Origin: Pseudomonadota bacterium
GTDB lineage: Bacteria; Bdellovibrionota_B; Oligoflexia; Oligoflexales; CAIYRB01
Reading direction: 5' to 3'
NCBI GenBank assembly: GCA_026390435.1
Contig: JAPLFY010000031.1
Span: forward strand, 184,614-248,613
Length of the DNA stretch: 64,000 nucleotides
This document shows positions 48,477-58,681 of the stretch, piece by piece. Under the pieces are notes generated by a model. The model saw only the letters and a program-made list of their open reading frames with translations, had not been told where the DNA came from and searched no databases. Positions within the stretch are counted from its first letter, which is position 1. Each line of letters starts with the position of its first letter. The position numbers and the translations under genes were made by a program.

Positions 48477-49790
48477 GTGACTATCACGCTTAAGTGGCGA
48501 CAAACGTTTAGCGCTTGCGGTTTAGCAGCATCTTTAACCTTGTCAACAGCGGCACAGGCGGTCGACAAGAAAATAGAAACTGCGGCCCCAAACTCACTAA
48601 CTCTTGGTCATATTGATGGCGAAGTTGACGGAAATCTAACAACCATGACTATTCGGCTCGATAAAGAGCCGACTTGGACCAAACTAAGTGAAATCCAGGA
48701 TCACGGATCGTTTCTGCAGATCATTTTGCCGGGAACATTAGTACCCGAACCGGGAAAATTCTTCGATGGCGGAAACACAATAATACCAAAAATAGCTGCA
48801 TTTCAGCTCACGCCTAGTGATGCTGGAATAAGACTATTCGTTAACAAAAATGCTGCCAAAGTTAAACAGGCAATGATGGCCGAAACTCTAGGCAGCAGAA
48901 TCATACTGACCATCGATAACGCACTTTTGAACGGACTCATGTCGGAAAGCGAATTACGCACAGAAATCGTTGGCCCTCCGGCTCCCCGAGAGCTCACCGC
49001 TGAACAAGTGATAGCCAAAACGGAAGTAAGACATGACGAGCCCGCGCCGAGCGAACGACTGAAAGCGGAGCTAAAATCAAAAGTAGTTGCCTCAGCGGGA
49101 CCCAGTTTCGACTTCCGTGAAAAACTAACGCAAGTAGCTCTTTTCTCTGCTGGAATGCTTATCTTATTATTAGTAAGCCGATTTTTTAAACCATTCCTCA
49201 GACGCCGCGTCGAAGGCGCCGGGGAATTCAACCCTGAGCCTCCGTTAACTATTAAGACACTAGCTTCACTTAATCTAGCTTCGCGGCAAAAGGTCTCTCT
49301 ACTTCAAATTGGTGGTGAAAAGATCTTAATTGGCATTACTCCAGAAAATGTCTCCTTTTTAACAACGATCGGAGTCTCGCAAAACACCGGCCCAAACACT
49401 AAAGCGATCGGTGTCATGCCAACTCGCGCTGCTCAAGCAGCAATCACGGGCGCCACTCAAGATTTCTCCACGGTCCTAGAAAACAGTGAAGACACCATCG
49501 CTATGCAGCCCACACCACAACCTCGCCGGCCAGCTCCAAAGCCCCCGGTTGTAAAGTCACCGGCAGTTGAAATACCGAACACGTCGTTGCGCACGTCACT
49601 GAAACCTAAAGCTCCTACGGCCAACCGAATAAATATCGCTATCGATGAAGATGGCATTAAAAACGTAGCCACACACAGGCCAACGATAAAAACCCCAGTT
49701 TCAACGAACGACAATCCAGCCGGCCAAGCAGCGATTGACGACGTTACACGAATGATCAGAGAAAAACTCAAGACGCTGCGGAGCATCTAA
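48477..49790 (+). CDS. fliO: FliO-like flagellar export protein with large N-terminal periplasmic domain and Pro-rich tail
   Basis: 437 aa. Signal peptide, ~190-aa beta-rich domain, TM (VALFSAGMLILLLVSRFF), then the FliO core LASLNLASRQKVSLLQIGGEKILIGITPENVSFL. Located between fliN and fliP. Confidence 0.7.
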   Translation: MTITLKWRQTFSACGLAASLTLSTAAQAVDKKIETAAPNSLTLGHIDGEVDGNLTTMTIRLDKEPTWTKLSEIQDHGSFLQIILPGTLVPEPGKFFDGGNTIIPKIAAFQLTPSDAGIRLFVNKNAAKVKQAMMAETLGSRIILTIDNALLNGLMSESELRTEIVGPPAPRELTAEQVIAKTEVRHDEPAPSERLKAELKSKVVASAGPSFDFREKLTQVALFSAGMLILLLVSRFFKPFLRRRVEGAGEFNPEPPLTIKTLASLNLASRQKVSLLQIGGEKILIGITPENVSFLTTIGVSQNTGPNTKAIGVMPTRAAQAAITGATQDFSTVLENSEDTIAMQPTPQPRRPAPKPPVVKSPAVEIPNTSLRTSLKPKAPTANRINIAIDEDGIKNVATHRPTIKTPVSTNDNPAGQAAIDDVTRMIREKLKTLRSI

Positions 49791-50563
49791 TGCACCAAAT
49801 CTGGCGCCGCATAGTTATGTTAGTTATGATCGGTGGCCTGCTATGGACTGCCAGCCATAACACCCCTGCTCACGCCGCCGAAACAAAGCTTCCGACAATC
49901 GGAATCGACCTCAAAGAAACCGACGATCCGGGGGATCTGGTGCCCGCCATGAAGATCATGGCGCTCCTCACGATATTGTCGATGGCTCCGGCTATCTTAC
50001 TCATGATGACCTCGTTCACGCGAATCTTGGTTATTTTAAGCTTTGTGCGACAGGCCCTAGGCACTAGCTCGATGCCTCCGAATCAAGTTATCGTCGGCCT
50101 TGCTCTATTTCTCACAGCTTTCACTATGTCGCCAGTTATCGATACGGTTCGCGACAAAGCCTACACACCTTACGTAGAAAAAAAGATCAAACAGGACGAA
50201 GCTCTAGAACAGCTTATCAAGCCAGTACGCAAATTTATGTTAGCGCAAACTCACGAATCTGATCTCGCGATGTTCTTTAACATCACAAAGCAGCCGAAAC
50301 CGCGAAACGCCTCCGACGTCTCTATGACTACACTAATGCCGGCATTTATGGTTAGCGAGTTAAAGACCGCGTTCCAGATTGGTTTCCTAATCTATATACC
50401 CTTCCTAGTCATTGACATGGTGGTATCTTCTATACTTATGGCGATGGGCATGATGATGCTTCCACCGACTGTGGTTTCTTTGCCATTTAAATTGGTCCTT
50501 TTCGTACTCGTTGATGGATGGACACTGATCGTGGAAAATATCGTTAAGAGTTTTAATATCTGA
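49790..50563 (+). CDS. fliP: flagellar type III export protein FliP
   Basis: 257 aa. Signal peptide. Conserved FTRILVILSFVRQALG and MMMLPP regions. Confidence 0.93.
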   Translation: MHQIWRRIVMLVMIGGLLWTASHNTPAHAAETKLPTIGIDLKETDDPGDLVPAMKIMALLTILSMAPAILLMMTSFTRILVILSFVRQALGTSSMPPNQVIVGLALFLTAFTMSPVIDTVRDKAYTPYVEKKIKQDEALEQLIKPVRKFMLAQTHESDLAMFFNITKQPKPRNASDVSMTTLMPAFMVSELKTAFQIGFLIYIPFLVIDMVVSSILMAMGMMMLPPTVVSLPFKLVLFVLVDGWTLIVENIVKSFNI

Positions 50564-50589
50564 AGCTTTAGTCTGAGAGGGCAACCATC

Positions 50590-50859
50590 ATGACCGATCA
50601 AAAAGTAATTGATTTAGGTACTCGGGCTGTGATGGTTGCAATGCAAATATCAGCGCCAGTGTTAATCGCTGCGCTAGTCACAGGGGTGTTGATCTCGATC
50701 GTTCAAGCCGCCACACAGATACAGGAACAAACTCTCTCGTTTGTTCCAAAAATTTTAATGATCACATTAGCCATGATGGTCTGTGGGCCCTGGATACTTC
50801 AGATCATGACAGAATTTACCAAAGAGCTCTTCAACGGCATCCCCGGAGTCACCCACTAA
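50590..50859 (+). CDS. fliQ: flagellar export protein FliQ
   Basis: 89 aa, two-TM. LISIVQAATQIQEQTLSFVPK. Confidence 0.9.
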   Translation: MTDQKVIDLGTRAVMVAMQISAPVLIAALVTGVLISIVQAATQIQEQTLSFVPKILMITLAMMVCGPWILQIMTEFTKELFNGIPGVTH

Positions 50860-50862
50860 AAG

Positions 50863-51660
50863 ATGCAAGCACTGCCAGATCCAACCCACCTAATGATCGG
50901 CGCGCTAGCATTTCTGCGCGTGAGCGCCATCCTATTCGCGCTACCGATGATTGGTGACCCACCAACACCGGTGCGCGTTCGGGTTTTATTAGCTCTAGCA
51001 GTGACTATTGGAATTTTCCCGGTGATACCGCCAAACTGGGCGCCAAACTTAAACACAGACTTACTAACGATCTCATCTTACTTACTGCGAGAAGTGTTAA
51101 TCGGTCTAACAATCGGATTTTTCAGTAGAGTCACTTTTGACGGTTTGATGATGGGAGCCACTGTCGTGTCGTTCCAAATGGGATTTGGTACGGCGAATTT
51201 ATTCATGCCGGACTACAACGAGCGAATGGACAGCTTCTCCGCGCTTCACCGTATGCTAGTGATGCTGATATTTCTCACTCTGAGCTTACACCACATTTTC
51301 TTCACTGCGATCGCCGACACCTTCCAACTGATTCCGGGAGGGGCCGCACACTTCAGCGGACCCTTAACGATATTGTTAATCAAATTAACCAGCGGAATTT
51401 TATCTATCGCCATTGAGTTGGCGGCGCCAATACTCGTGGCTCTCTTGTTTACTATGGCTGCTCTTGGTCTTGTCGCCAGAGCCGTGCCAAATATGAACGC
51501 ATTTGTGATTAGCTTCCCCTTGAGTTTTACGGTCGGCTTGGTCATTTATATGGCGACTCTTCCATTGTTTCCAGGCTGGATGTCCAGTCATTTCAGTGAA
51601 ATGAATATGCAGCTACACGCTGCGATCCGCAGTCTAAATCTCTCGCCGTCGATTCCGTAA
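50863..51660 (+). CDS. fliR: flagellar export protein FliR
   Basis: 265 aa polytopic protein, positioned after fliQ. Confidence 0.9.
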   Translation: MQALPDPTHLMIGALAFLRVSAILFALPMIGDPPTPVRVRVLLALAVTIGIFPVIPPNWAPNLNTDLLTISSYLLREVLIGLTIGFFSRVTFDGLMMGATVVSFQMGFGTANLFMPDYNERMDSFSALHRMLVMLIFLTLSLHHIFFTAIADTFQLIPGGAAHFSGPLTILLIKLTSGILSIAIELAAPILVALLFTMAALGLVARAVPNMNAFVISFPLSFTVGLVIYMATLPLFPGWMSSHFSEMNMQLHAAIRSLNLSPSIP

Positions 51661-51699
51661 TTAAAGATCCCTTCACCCAATTCCTAGGTAGGTCACGCT

Positions 51700-52803
51700 A
51701 TGGCTGATGAAACAGCCAGTTCTGAAGACCGCACAGAAGACGCGACACCCGAGCGACGAGACGAGTTTCGCGGACGCGGTGAAGTGGTCGTATCACGTGA
51801 ATTGACTTCGGTCTTTATATTGGGTTCTTGTGTCGTTGCATTCACCTCAGGGGCGCCAAAGCTACTCAAAAGTCTTCAGAAGCTTCTCATCGCAAGTTTT
51901 GAATCACTCGCAACCCGGCGCATTGATAACGACAATTTTAGCGCATATTTATCTGATATGTGGCTTAACTTGCTGCAGATGATCATCCCTATTTTTATGA
52001 TCACTTCCGTAGCAGCTATCTCCCTTACCTTGCTGCAGACCAAATTGAACTGGTCTTGGGAACGCTTAAGTCCGGACTTATCAAAGCTCGATCCATTTTC
52101 CGGCATTGCGAGAATGTTCACCTTTCAGACCGTTTTAGAGTTATTAAAAAATATCGCCAAATTAATTGCGGTAGCTACTGTTGGTTACTTAATTCTTCGG
52201 AGTGAATGGGTACACGTCCCTGAGCTCATGAACTATCCAATGACTGCAACCTGGTCATACTGGGGGAAGATCACTCGGCAGCTATTCTGGTCCGTTTCTG
52301 GTTTTTTGGTCGTAATTTCTGGGCTCGATTATCTTTGGAATTTCTTTAGCAACGAACGCAAAATGCGAATGACTAAACAAGAGGTAAAAGAGGACTACAA
52401 AAGACGAGAGGTTGACCAAAATGTTAAAGCAAAAATGCGCAGGATGCAGCGCGATTTTGCCGCGCGCAAAACTATAGCCACAACTCGCACGGCGACAGTA
52501 CTAATCACAAACCCGACTCACTACTCAATTGCTTTAAGGTATAACATCGGTGATCGGGCACCAGTTCTGTTAGCAAAAGGCGTCGATTTTCTCGCTCTGA
52601 ACATGAGAGAAGCAGCCAAAGAAGAGCAGATCCCGATCATCGAAAATCGACCTCTTGCACGCGCACTATATGCGACTGTCAACGAGGGAGAAGAAATACC
52701 CGACAAGTTTTACAAGGCTGTCGCGGAGATCATCCGTTACGTTTACCGCCTCAAAGGCCGCGCAATACCAAAGAAGCGAGGTGTAGATGCCAACAGCAAC
52801 TAA
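51700..52803 (+). CDS. flhB: flagellar export switch protein FlhB
   Basis: 367 aa. Autocleavage site NPTH (LITNPTHYSIAL). Confidence 0.93.
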   Translation: MADETASSEDRTEDATPERRDEFRGRGEVVVSRELTSVFILGSCVVAFTSGAPKLLKSLQKLLIASFESLATRRIDNDNFSAYLSDMWLNLLQMIIPIFMITSVAAISLTLLQTKLNWSWERLSPDLSKLDPFSGIARMFTFQTVLELLKNIAKLIAVATVGYLILRSEWVHVPELMNYPMTATWSYWGKITRQLFWSVSGFLVVISGLDYLWNFFSNERKMRMTKQEVKEDYKRREVDQNVKAKMRRMQRDFAARKTIATTRTATVLITNPTHYSIALRYNIGDRAPVLLAKGVDFLALNMREAAKEEQIPIIENRPLARALYATVNEGEEIPDKFYKAVAEIIRYVYRLKGRAIPKKRGVDANSN

Positions 52804-54898
52804 GGCTCCAGCCTCGGAGCAAAAATCCGGCTCTAATGTGCTGATTGAAGCGCTGAGAAGCACTGACGTGCAATTCGCCTTGGGCGTTGTGGCTATCATC
52901 TTAATGATGGTAGTGCCACTGCCACCCTTCATGCTCGATCTTTTGATGTCACTTTCGATCACCATGTCTCTGATGATTCTTCTTATTTCGATTTATATAA
53001 AAGAGCCGCTTGAATTTAGCACCTTCCCGACCGTCTTGCTGTTAACAACCTTATTTCGTCTGTCTCTGAACGTTGCAACCACTCGAAGCGTACTACTCAA
53101 TGGTGCCACCGGGAATGTCAGCGAAGTAGTGCAGTCCTTCGGCGAGTTCGTAGTCGGCGGTAATTACTTTGTTGGTTTTGTTATTTTCATCATATTAGTG
53201 ATCATTAACTTCATCGTTATTACGAAAGGTGCCGGCAGGGTCGCAGAGGTCGGTGCCAGGTTCACCTTGGATGCGATGCCTGGCAAGCAAATGGCAATTG
53301 ATGCCGAGCTCAATGCTGGACTAATCGACCGCGACGAGGCCAAGCGTCGGCGCTCAAAAATCGAGAGAGAAGCTGATTTTTATGGTTCCATGGACGGAGC
53401 GAGCAAATTCGTTCGCGGCGATGCGATCGCTGGATTAATCATCACAGGCATTAATATCATCGTAGGCCTCATACTAGGCGTAATTCAGTACAAACTCTCC
53501 TTTGCCGATGCCGCCCAAAAGTTTACCCTACTTACTGTCGGTGATGGTCTCGTCTCTCAAATTCCGGCCCTCGTGATTTCAACGGCCTCTGGTATCGTGG
53601 TGACTAGAGCCAGTGGCGGGACAGATCTAAGTGAAGAACTCGCCAGTCAGATCTTCGTTCACCCAAAAGCGATGTATGTCTGTTCGGCGCTCCTCGCAGT
53701 GATGGCCTTGATTCCAGGCATGCCGTTTATTCCGTTCTCCCTATTGGCTGTCGGCTTTATCATGCTAGGCCGTTACTCAAGCAAAGAGATCGTTCGCCGC
53801 GAGACGCTCAAACTTGCCGTCGCCGAGGATAAAGTTAAGCCTGAAGGCAAAGGTGACGCTGTCGTAGAACTGCTGCACTTAGACACATTGACACTGGAAG
53901 TTGGTGTCGAATTAGTACCTCTTGTCGACACCCAACAAGATGGCGAAGTTCTAGAACGTATCGTGTCGGCTCGGAAGCAGTTTGCTCAGGACATCGGAAT
54001 CATCGTGCCAATGGTTATGATTAGGGACAATATTCAGCTGCGCCCAGACGAATATCAAATCATGCTGAAGGGTAACGTCATAGGCCAGGGCAAACTTATG
54101 CCACGGCGATTCTTGGCGATGGATCCTGGTGATGTCATTGACCCCATTGATGGCCACCGCACCAAGGAGCCAGCCTACGGCCTTGATGCAATCTGGATCA
54201 CACCGGGACAACGCGATGAAGCGACTTTCCGCGGCTATACCGTGGTTAATAGCGCGACTGTCATCGTTACCCATCTCACCAAGCTGATTCAGGACCATGC
54301 CCATGAACTGATCGGTCGCCAGGAAGTCCATTCATTGGTTGAGCGATTGAAACGAGAAAATGAAAAAGTGGTCGAGGAAGTCATAGCCACAGACCGGATG
54401 ACCCTTGGTGATGTAGTTAAAGTTCTGCAAAATCTCCTTGCAGAGAACGTCAGTGTCCGAGATCTGCTGAGTATATTCGAAACTCTGGCTGACTACTGTA
54501 AGACGGTTCGGAATCCAGATGCTTTGACCCGTCATGTGCGCAAAGCTTTAGGTCGTGGTATCATTAAAAAGTATCTAGCTCCGGATGGCCAATTAGTAGT
54601 CACTACCCTCGATCGCGCCGTTGAAGATTTGCTTGTCGCTGGCCTTCAATATCAAGAAGACGGCACCACAGCCCTCAATGTCGAGCCCGAAATCGCCCAA
54701 CGCTTACTGAATAACACCGCTGAATGCATGCGCAATTTCGAATCCACTGGAACCCAGCCAATTTTACTCTGCGGTGCTCGTATTAGATGGGATCTGCGCA
54801 AGCTTATCCACAGGTTTATCCCCGGCCTGATTATCCTCGCCTTTGATGAAATACCCAGTGACAACCAGACCAAGAATATCGGTACCGTTACTCTGTAA
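52787..54898 (+). CDS. flhA: flagellar export gate protein FlhA
   Basis: 703 aa. FHIPEP-type N-terminal TM region (FTLDAMPGKQMAIDA) and a cytoplasmic C-domain. Confidence 0.95.
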   Translation: MPTATKAPASEQKSGSNVLIEALRSTDVQFALGVVAIILMMVVPLPPFMLDLLMSLSITMSLMILLISIYIKEPLEFSTFPTVLLLTTLFRLSLNVATTRSVLLNGATGNVSEVVQSFGEFVVGGNYFVGFVIFIILVIINFIVITKGAGRVAEVGARFTLDAMPGKQMAIDAELNAGLIDRDEAKRRRSKIEREADFYGSMDGASKFVRGDAIAGLIITGINIIVGLILGVIQYKLSFADAAQKFTLLTVGDGLVSQIPALVISTASGIVVTRASGGTDLSEELASQIFVHPKAMYVCSALLAVMALIPGMPFIPFSLLAVGFIMLGRYSSKEIVRRETLKLAVAEDKVKPEGKGDAVVELLHLDTLTLEVGVELVPLVDTQQDGEVLERIVSARKQFAQDIGIIVPMVMIRDNIQLRPDEYQIMLKGNVIGQGKLMPRRFLAMDPGDVIDPIDGHRTKEPAYGLDAIWITPGQRDEATFRGYTVVNSATVIVTHLTKLIQDHAHELIGRQEVHSLVERLKRENEKVVEEVIATDRMTLGDVVKVLQNLLAENVSVRDLLSIFETLADYCKTVRNPDALTRHVRKALGRGIIKKYLAPDGQLVVTTLDRAVEDLLVAGLQYQEDGTTALNVEPEIAQRLLNNTAECMRNFESTGTQPILLCGARIRWDLRKLIHRFIPGLIILAFDEIPSDNQTKNIGTVTL

Positions 54899-54962
54899 GT
54901 TTCCTCCCAATTAGTCAGCGTGAATTTAGCCCTCCTGCCCGAGTGTGATGCGGAGTTCCAAT

Positions 54963-56114
54963 ATGGATTTTAAAACTTTCGAAGCCTTCTCCATGAAAGA
55001 CGCTGTCAAAGCGGTCAAGAAGGAATTGGGTTCCGAAGCCGTGATTCTCTCAACCAGGGAAAAATCTGCGCCCGGCGGCAAGGGAACGATTTATGAACTA
55101 ACCGCGGCTGCTCCGGGATTCAGAAAAGTCGGTGCCAGCGGTCCTAGGGCACAGGCTACATCGGCAGATTATGAAGCTGGCCTAGATCACATACAGGCAC
55201 GCCTCTCTGCATTAGTAGATGTCGCAGCCACCAGGACGCAGGTTCAAGCGGTCGAGGCGGGGCTGCAAGAGCTCAAGCTGCTAGTAACGGAAGCACTAAG
55301 AAACAAAGAAGGCTCCCTCATCCACGACCTACCTAAGGCCATGTTGCCACTAGAACGGCAATTACGCCTAATGGGCATCAGCGATGTCACCGTCGCTGAG
55401 TTAATTAGGCACTTGCGCGCCTTACCCGCTGCAGGTGACACAGATGGGGAAGGTTACTACCGTGACCAGGCAATCCGCTGGATGATGAAACGCATCAAAA
55501 TTGCACCGCGTTGGTCGGTCATGGCGGGATCCGTTTCCTATCAAGCAATCATTGGTGCCTCCGGTGTCGGCAAAACCTCCATGGCCGCAAAGTTGGCTGC
55601 TCTATATTCCCTGCGCGAAAAAAATCAGGTAGTTGTCGTCTCAATGGATCACCAACGTCTTGCAGCTACAGAGCAAATGCGTATTTTTTGCAAGATCATC
55701 GGGTTGGCTTTTGTGGCGGCTAACAGTGTGGATGATCTTCTAAAAATTCAAGAGTCGCATAAAGGTGTCGAGCTGGTGCTGATCGATACTGCCGGTGTTA
55801 GCTCAAAAAACTCACAAGCTGTCGCAGAACTGGCCACACTTAAAGAGCAAGGGCTACCGGTCGACTTCCATCTTTGTGTATCGGCCACGACTAAAGAGAG
55901 TCAGGTTGAGCAGGAAATCCACAGCTTCCTTAATCTCGGCATTAGCAGTCTGATGTTCAGCAAATTAGATGAAAGCTGGGCGTTCGGCGAGATCTTCAAC
56001 GCCTCTCGCAAGTGGTCAATCCCCCTGAGTTTCTTCTCGATCGGTCAGCAAATACCAGAAGATATAGAGCGTTCGACTCGCGAACGCGTCATTGAGCGTA
56101 TTTTTGGTCTTTAA
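54963..56114 (+). CDS. flhF: flagellar SRP-type GTPase FlhF
   Basis: MDFKTFEAFSMKDAVKAVKKELG start (ATG 54963; the ORF track starts at GTG 54945). GASGVGKTS and DTAG motifs. Confidence 0.88.
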   Translation: MDFKTFEAFSMKDAVKAVKKELGSEAVILSTREKSAPGGKGTIYELTAAAPGFRKVGASGPRAQATSADYEAGLDHIQARLSALVDVAATRTQVQAVEAGLQELKLLVTEALRNKEGSLIHDLPKAMLPLERQLRLMGISDVTVAELIRHLRALPAAGDTDGEGYYRDQAIRWMMKRIKIAPRWSVMAGSVSYQAIIGASGVGKTSMAAKLAALYSLREKNQVVVVSMDHQRLAATEQMRIFCKIIGLAFVAANSVDDLLKIQESHKGVELVLIDTAGVSSKNSQAVAELATLKEQGLPVDFHLCVSATTKESQVEQEIHSFLNLGISSLMFSKLDESWAFGEIFNASRKWSIPLSFFSIGQQIPEDIERSTRERVIERIFGL

Positions 56115-56125
56115 GTGGAGGTCTC

Positions 56126-56983
56126 GTGTCCCTACTTCGTTCTGTAAAAGCCGGTGCGCGCGCTCCACTAGTCATTGCCGTGACTAGCGGCAAGGGGGGC
56201 GTTGGCAAAACACTGACGACCGTCCACTTGGCCGTAGCCGCACAGCGACTGGGTCATTCCGTGTTGATCCTCGACGGCGATATGGGCATGGCGAATGTGG
56301 ATGTTGTTCTAGGGCTGCAAGCTCGCTACAATATCAGAGATGTGCTTGATGGCCACGTTAGCCTGCAGGACATCATCATCTCCGGACCACTCGGTATCGA
56401 TCTCATTCCTTCTGGCTCTGGTATTTCTAGTCTTACTTCCCTAACTTACGTTCAACAGCAGCAAATCATCGATCAGATCAGCACGATCGATAAATCGTAC
56501 GACGTCTTACTGATCGATACGGGAGCTGGTATTTCCAACACCGTAACTCACTTCTGCAAGGCAGCTGACAAGGTTCTGGTCGTCACCACTCCAGAGCCAC
56601 ACGCATTGACTGATGCCTATGCGCTGATCAAAGTACTCGCAGAATCTCACGACATAAAACGCCCATACTTGATGATTAATCAAACTAGGTCTGAGAGCGA
56701 GGGGCTAAAGACTGCGTCGCGAATAGCCGAAGTAGCTAAGCGATTTTTAGATGTACAAGTTTCCCATGCTGGCAATGTTCCCATTGATCCTCAGGTGCCG
56801 AAATCTGTGATGCAGCGGCGTGCAGCCTCAGAGCAGTCGACGTTCACCATTGCTGGCCAAGCCTGGACCCAAGTAGCCCGTAAATTGCTCGGCTCATCCG
56901 AGCCCAGTCAACATGTCGATGCGCAGGACTTTTGGCGTTGCCTGCTATGGCAAGAGCCGGTGCGAGCGGAAGGAGCCAAATGA
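56126..56983 (+). CDS. flhG: MinD/ParA-type flagellar number regulator FlhG (FleN)
   Basis: Deviant Walker A SGKGGVGKT. Position after flhF. Confidence 0.85.
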   Translation: MSLLRSVKAGARAPLVIAVTSGKGGVGKTLTTVHLAVAAQRLGHSVLILDGDMGMANVDVVLGLQARYNIRDVLDGHVSLQDIIISGPLGIDLIPSGSGISSLTSLTYVQQQQIIDQISTIDKSYDVLLIDTGAGISNTVTHFCKAADKVLVVTTPEPHALTDAYALIKVLAESHDIKRPYLMINQTRSESEGLKTASRIAEVAKRFLDVQVSHAGNVPIDPQVPKSVMQRRAASEQSTFTIAGQAWTQVARKLLGSSEPSQHVDAQDFWRCLLWQEPVRAEGAK

Positions 56984-57738
56984 AAGGTCTGGTTAAACGC
57001 TACAAACAGGACACCCAGGGTGTCGATGGTAAGTTGCGCGATCAACTTATCATGGACTATGCACCCTTGATCCGTTTCGTAGCTCAACGAATTGCGGCTC
57101 GCCTGCCTTCAAACATCGACATCGATGACTTGATCAGCGCTGGTGTGATCGGACTAATGGATGCCATCCAAAAGTATGACCCTAGTCGAGATAACAAGTT
57201 CAAGACATACGCGGAATTTCGTATCCGCGGTGCGATACTAGATGAGCTTAGGTCCCAGGACTGGGTTCCACGCAGTGTCCGCGACAAAGCGAAAAAAATT
57301 GAACGCACATATCAAGAGCTGGAGCAACGCTTTGGTCGGGCTGTCAGTGATACAGAGGTATCTGCTCAGCTCGGCATGACTCTCGATGGCTACCATGGCA
57401 TGGTCGCTAAAGTAAAAGCAGTGACCATGCTTTCGATCGATGAGCTAGCAGGTCCCAACCAACATGACCGCAAGAGTTTACTTGAGTGCCTGGAAAACGT
57501 TGGCTCGAAGAACCCCTTCACCCAGCTGAAGAGTAAAGGGGTACGCCAGCTACTAATGAAAAATATTGAAGATCTTCCAGAGAAGCAAAAATTGGTGCTG
57601 TCTCTTTATTACTACGAAGATCTCAACCTTAAGGAAATCGGAAAAATCCTCGAGGTCACTGAATCACGAGTCAGTCAGCTTCATACGCAAGCGGTGACTC
57701 GCCTACGAGCGAAGCTTAAGAATCTTTTGGTGGATTGA
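56980..57738 (+). CDS. fliA: flagellar sigma factor FliA (sigma-28)
   Basis: ATG 56980 (ATGA overlap with the flhG stop, GGAAGGAG SD). Region 2 DLISAGVIGLMDAIQKYDP. Region 4.2 LNLKEIGKILEVTESRVSQLH. Confidence 0.88.
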   Translation: MKGLVKRYKQDTQGVDGKLRDQLIMDYAPLIRFVAQRIAARLPSNIDIDDLISAGVIGLMDAIQKYDPSRDNKFKTYAEFRIRGAILDELRSQDWVPRSVRDKAKKIERTYQELEQRFGRAVSDTEVSAQLGMTLDGYHGMVAKVKAVTMLSIDELAGPNQHDRKSLLECLENVGSKNPFTQLKSKGVRQLLMKNIEDLPEKQKLVLSLYYYEDLNLKEIGKILEVTESRVSQLHTQAVTRLRAKLKNLLVD

Positions 57739-57766
57739 AATCTAGAAAGTTTTGACGGGGGCGGAC

Positions 57767-58180
57767 ATGGCAGTCGGCGAGCGCAATATGAAAATACTTT
57801 TGGTCGATGATATGCAGACCATGCGCCGCATTGTTAAGACGTTATTCAAACAGTTAGGATACGAACATTTCCACGAAGCCGATACCGGAGCAGCGGCGCT
57901 GCAAGTTCTAAAAAGCGTCCCAGGGATTGAATTTATTTGTTCCGATTGGAATATGCCCACCATGACGGGCTTAGACTTTTTGAAGGCAGTCCGAGCCGAT
58001 CCTCAATTTAAGCATTTGCCTTTTTTGATGATCACAGCAGAGGCTGAGCGACAAAACATTGTGGACGCTGTGCAAGCTGGGGTTAGCAATTACGTGGTTA
58101 AACCGTTCACAGGACAAACTCTGCAGGAAAAATTGGCAAAGATTTTTCAAGCTCACAAGGCCAGTAAAAAGGCTAGTTAA
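57767..58180 (+). CDS. cheY: chemotaxis response regulator CheY
   Basis: KILLVDDMQTMRRIV...SDWNMPTMTG...VVKPFT, close to E. coli CheY by eye. Start at 57767 or 57788. Confidence 0.88.
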   Translation: MAVGERNMKILLVDDMQTMRRIVKTLFKQLGYEHFHEADTGAAALQVLKSVPGIEFICSDWNMPTMTGLDFLKAVRADPQFKHLPFLMITAEAERQNIVDAVQAGVSNYVVKPFTGQTLQEKLAKIFQAHKASKKAS

Positions 58181-58195
58181 TCAAGAGGTGATGCA

Positions 58196-58681
58196 ATGAC
58201 CAACTCTAACAATGCGGACACAACTACTCCGTTGGCAACTCCAGCATCGACTGGAGATGTGACTGTAGAAGCTGAAGCAGTCAACACTGGATTCGACGAA
58301 GACTTGATCAAAAAGTATCCAAGGTCTAATCGGAAAGTAGTGGTAGACGTAAGACCTTACGGGCTTAGTGATGACGACGGCGAATCTAAAGCACAAACCC
58401 TGCACATAAGCCCGCACGGTCTGGAATTTCAGGGCACACAAGATTACGCTCAAGGTACATTGCTAAAGATTCATATCGCTTTGCCGGATTATTGGAATCG
58501 AAAGCAGAGATTAGTCGACTATCGTCGCGTCGATACTCCCGGTAAATTTAAAGTTCTAGCTAAAGTAGTTCGTACTGCTGACCTAGGTAAACGCGGCAAA
58601 AAAAAGCTAGTGGTTGCGCAAGTGGTCAACATGGATGAAGTCGACGAGCAAGTACTGAAATCCTATCTTCAGGATGGCTAA
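58196..58681 (+). CDS. PilZ-like beta-barrel protein with degenerate c-di-GMP motifs
   Basis: 161 aa. RSNRK (versus RxxxR) followed ~30 aa later by HISPHG (versus [DN]xSxxG). Confidence 0.5.
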   Translation: MTNSNNADTTTPLATPASTGDVTVEAEAVNTGFDEDLIKKYPRSNRKVVVDVRPYGLSDDDGESKAQTLHISPHGLEFQGTQDYAQGTLLKIHIALPDYWNRKQRLVDYRRVDTPGKFKVLAKVVRTADLGKRGKKKLVVAQVVNMDEVDEQVLKSYLQDG

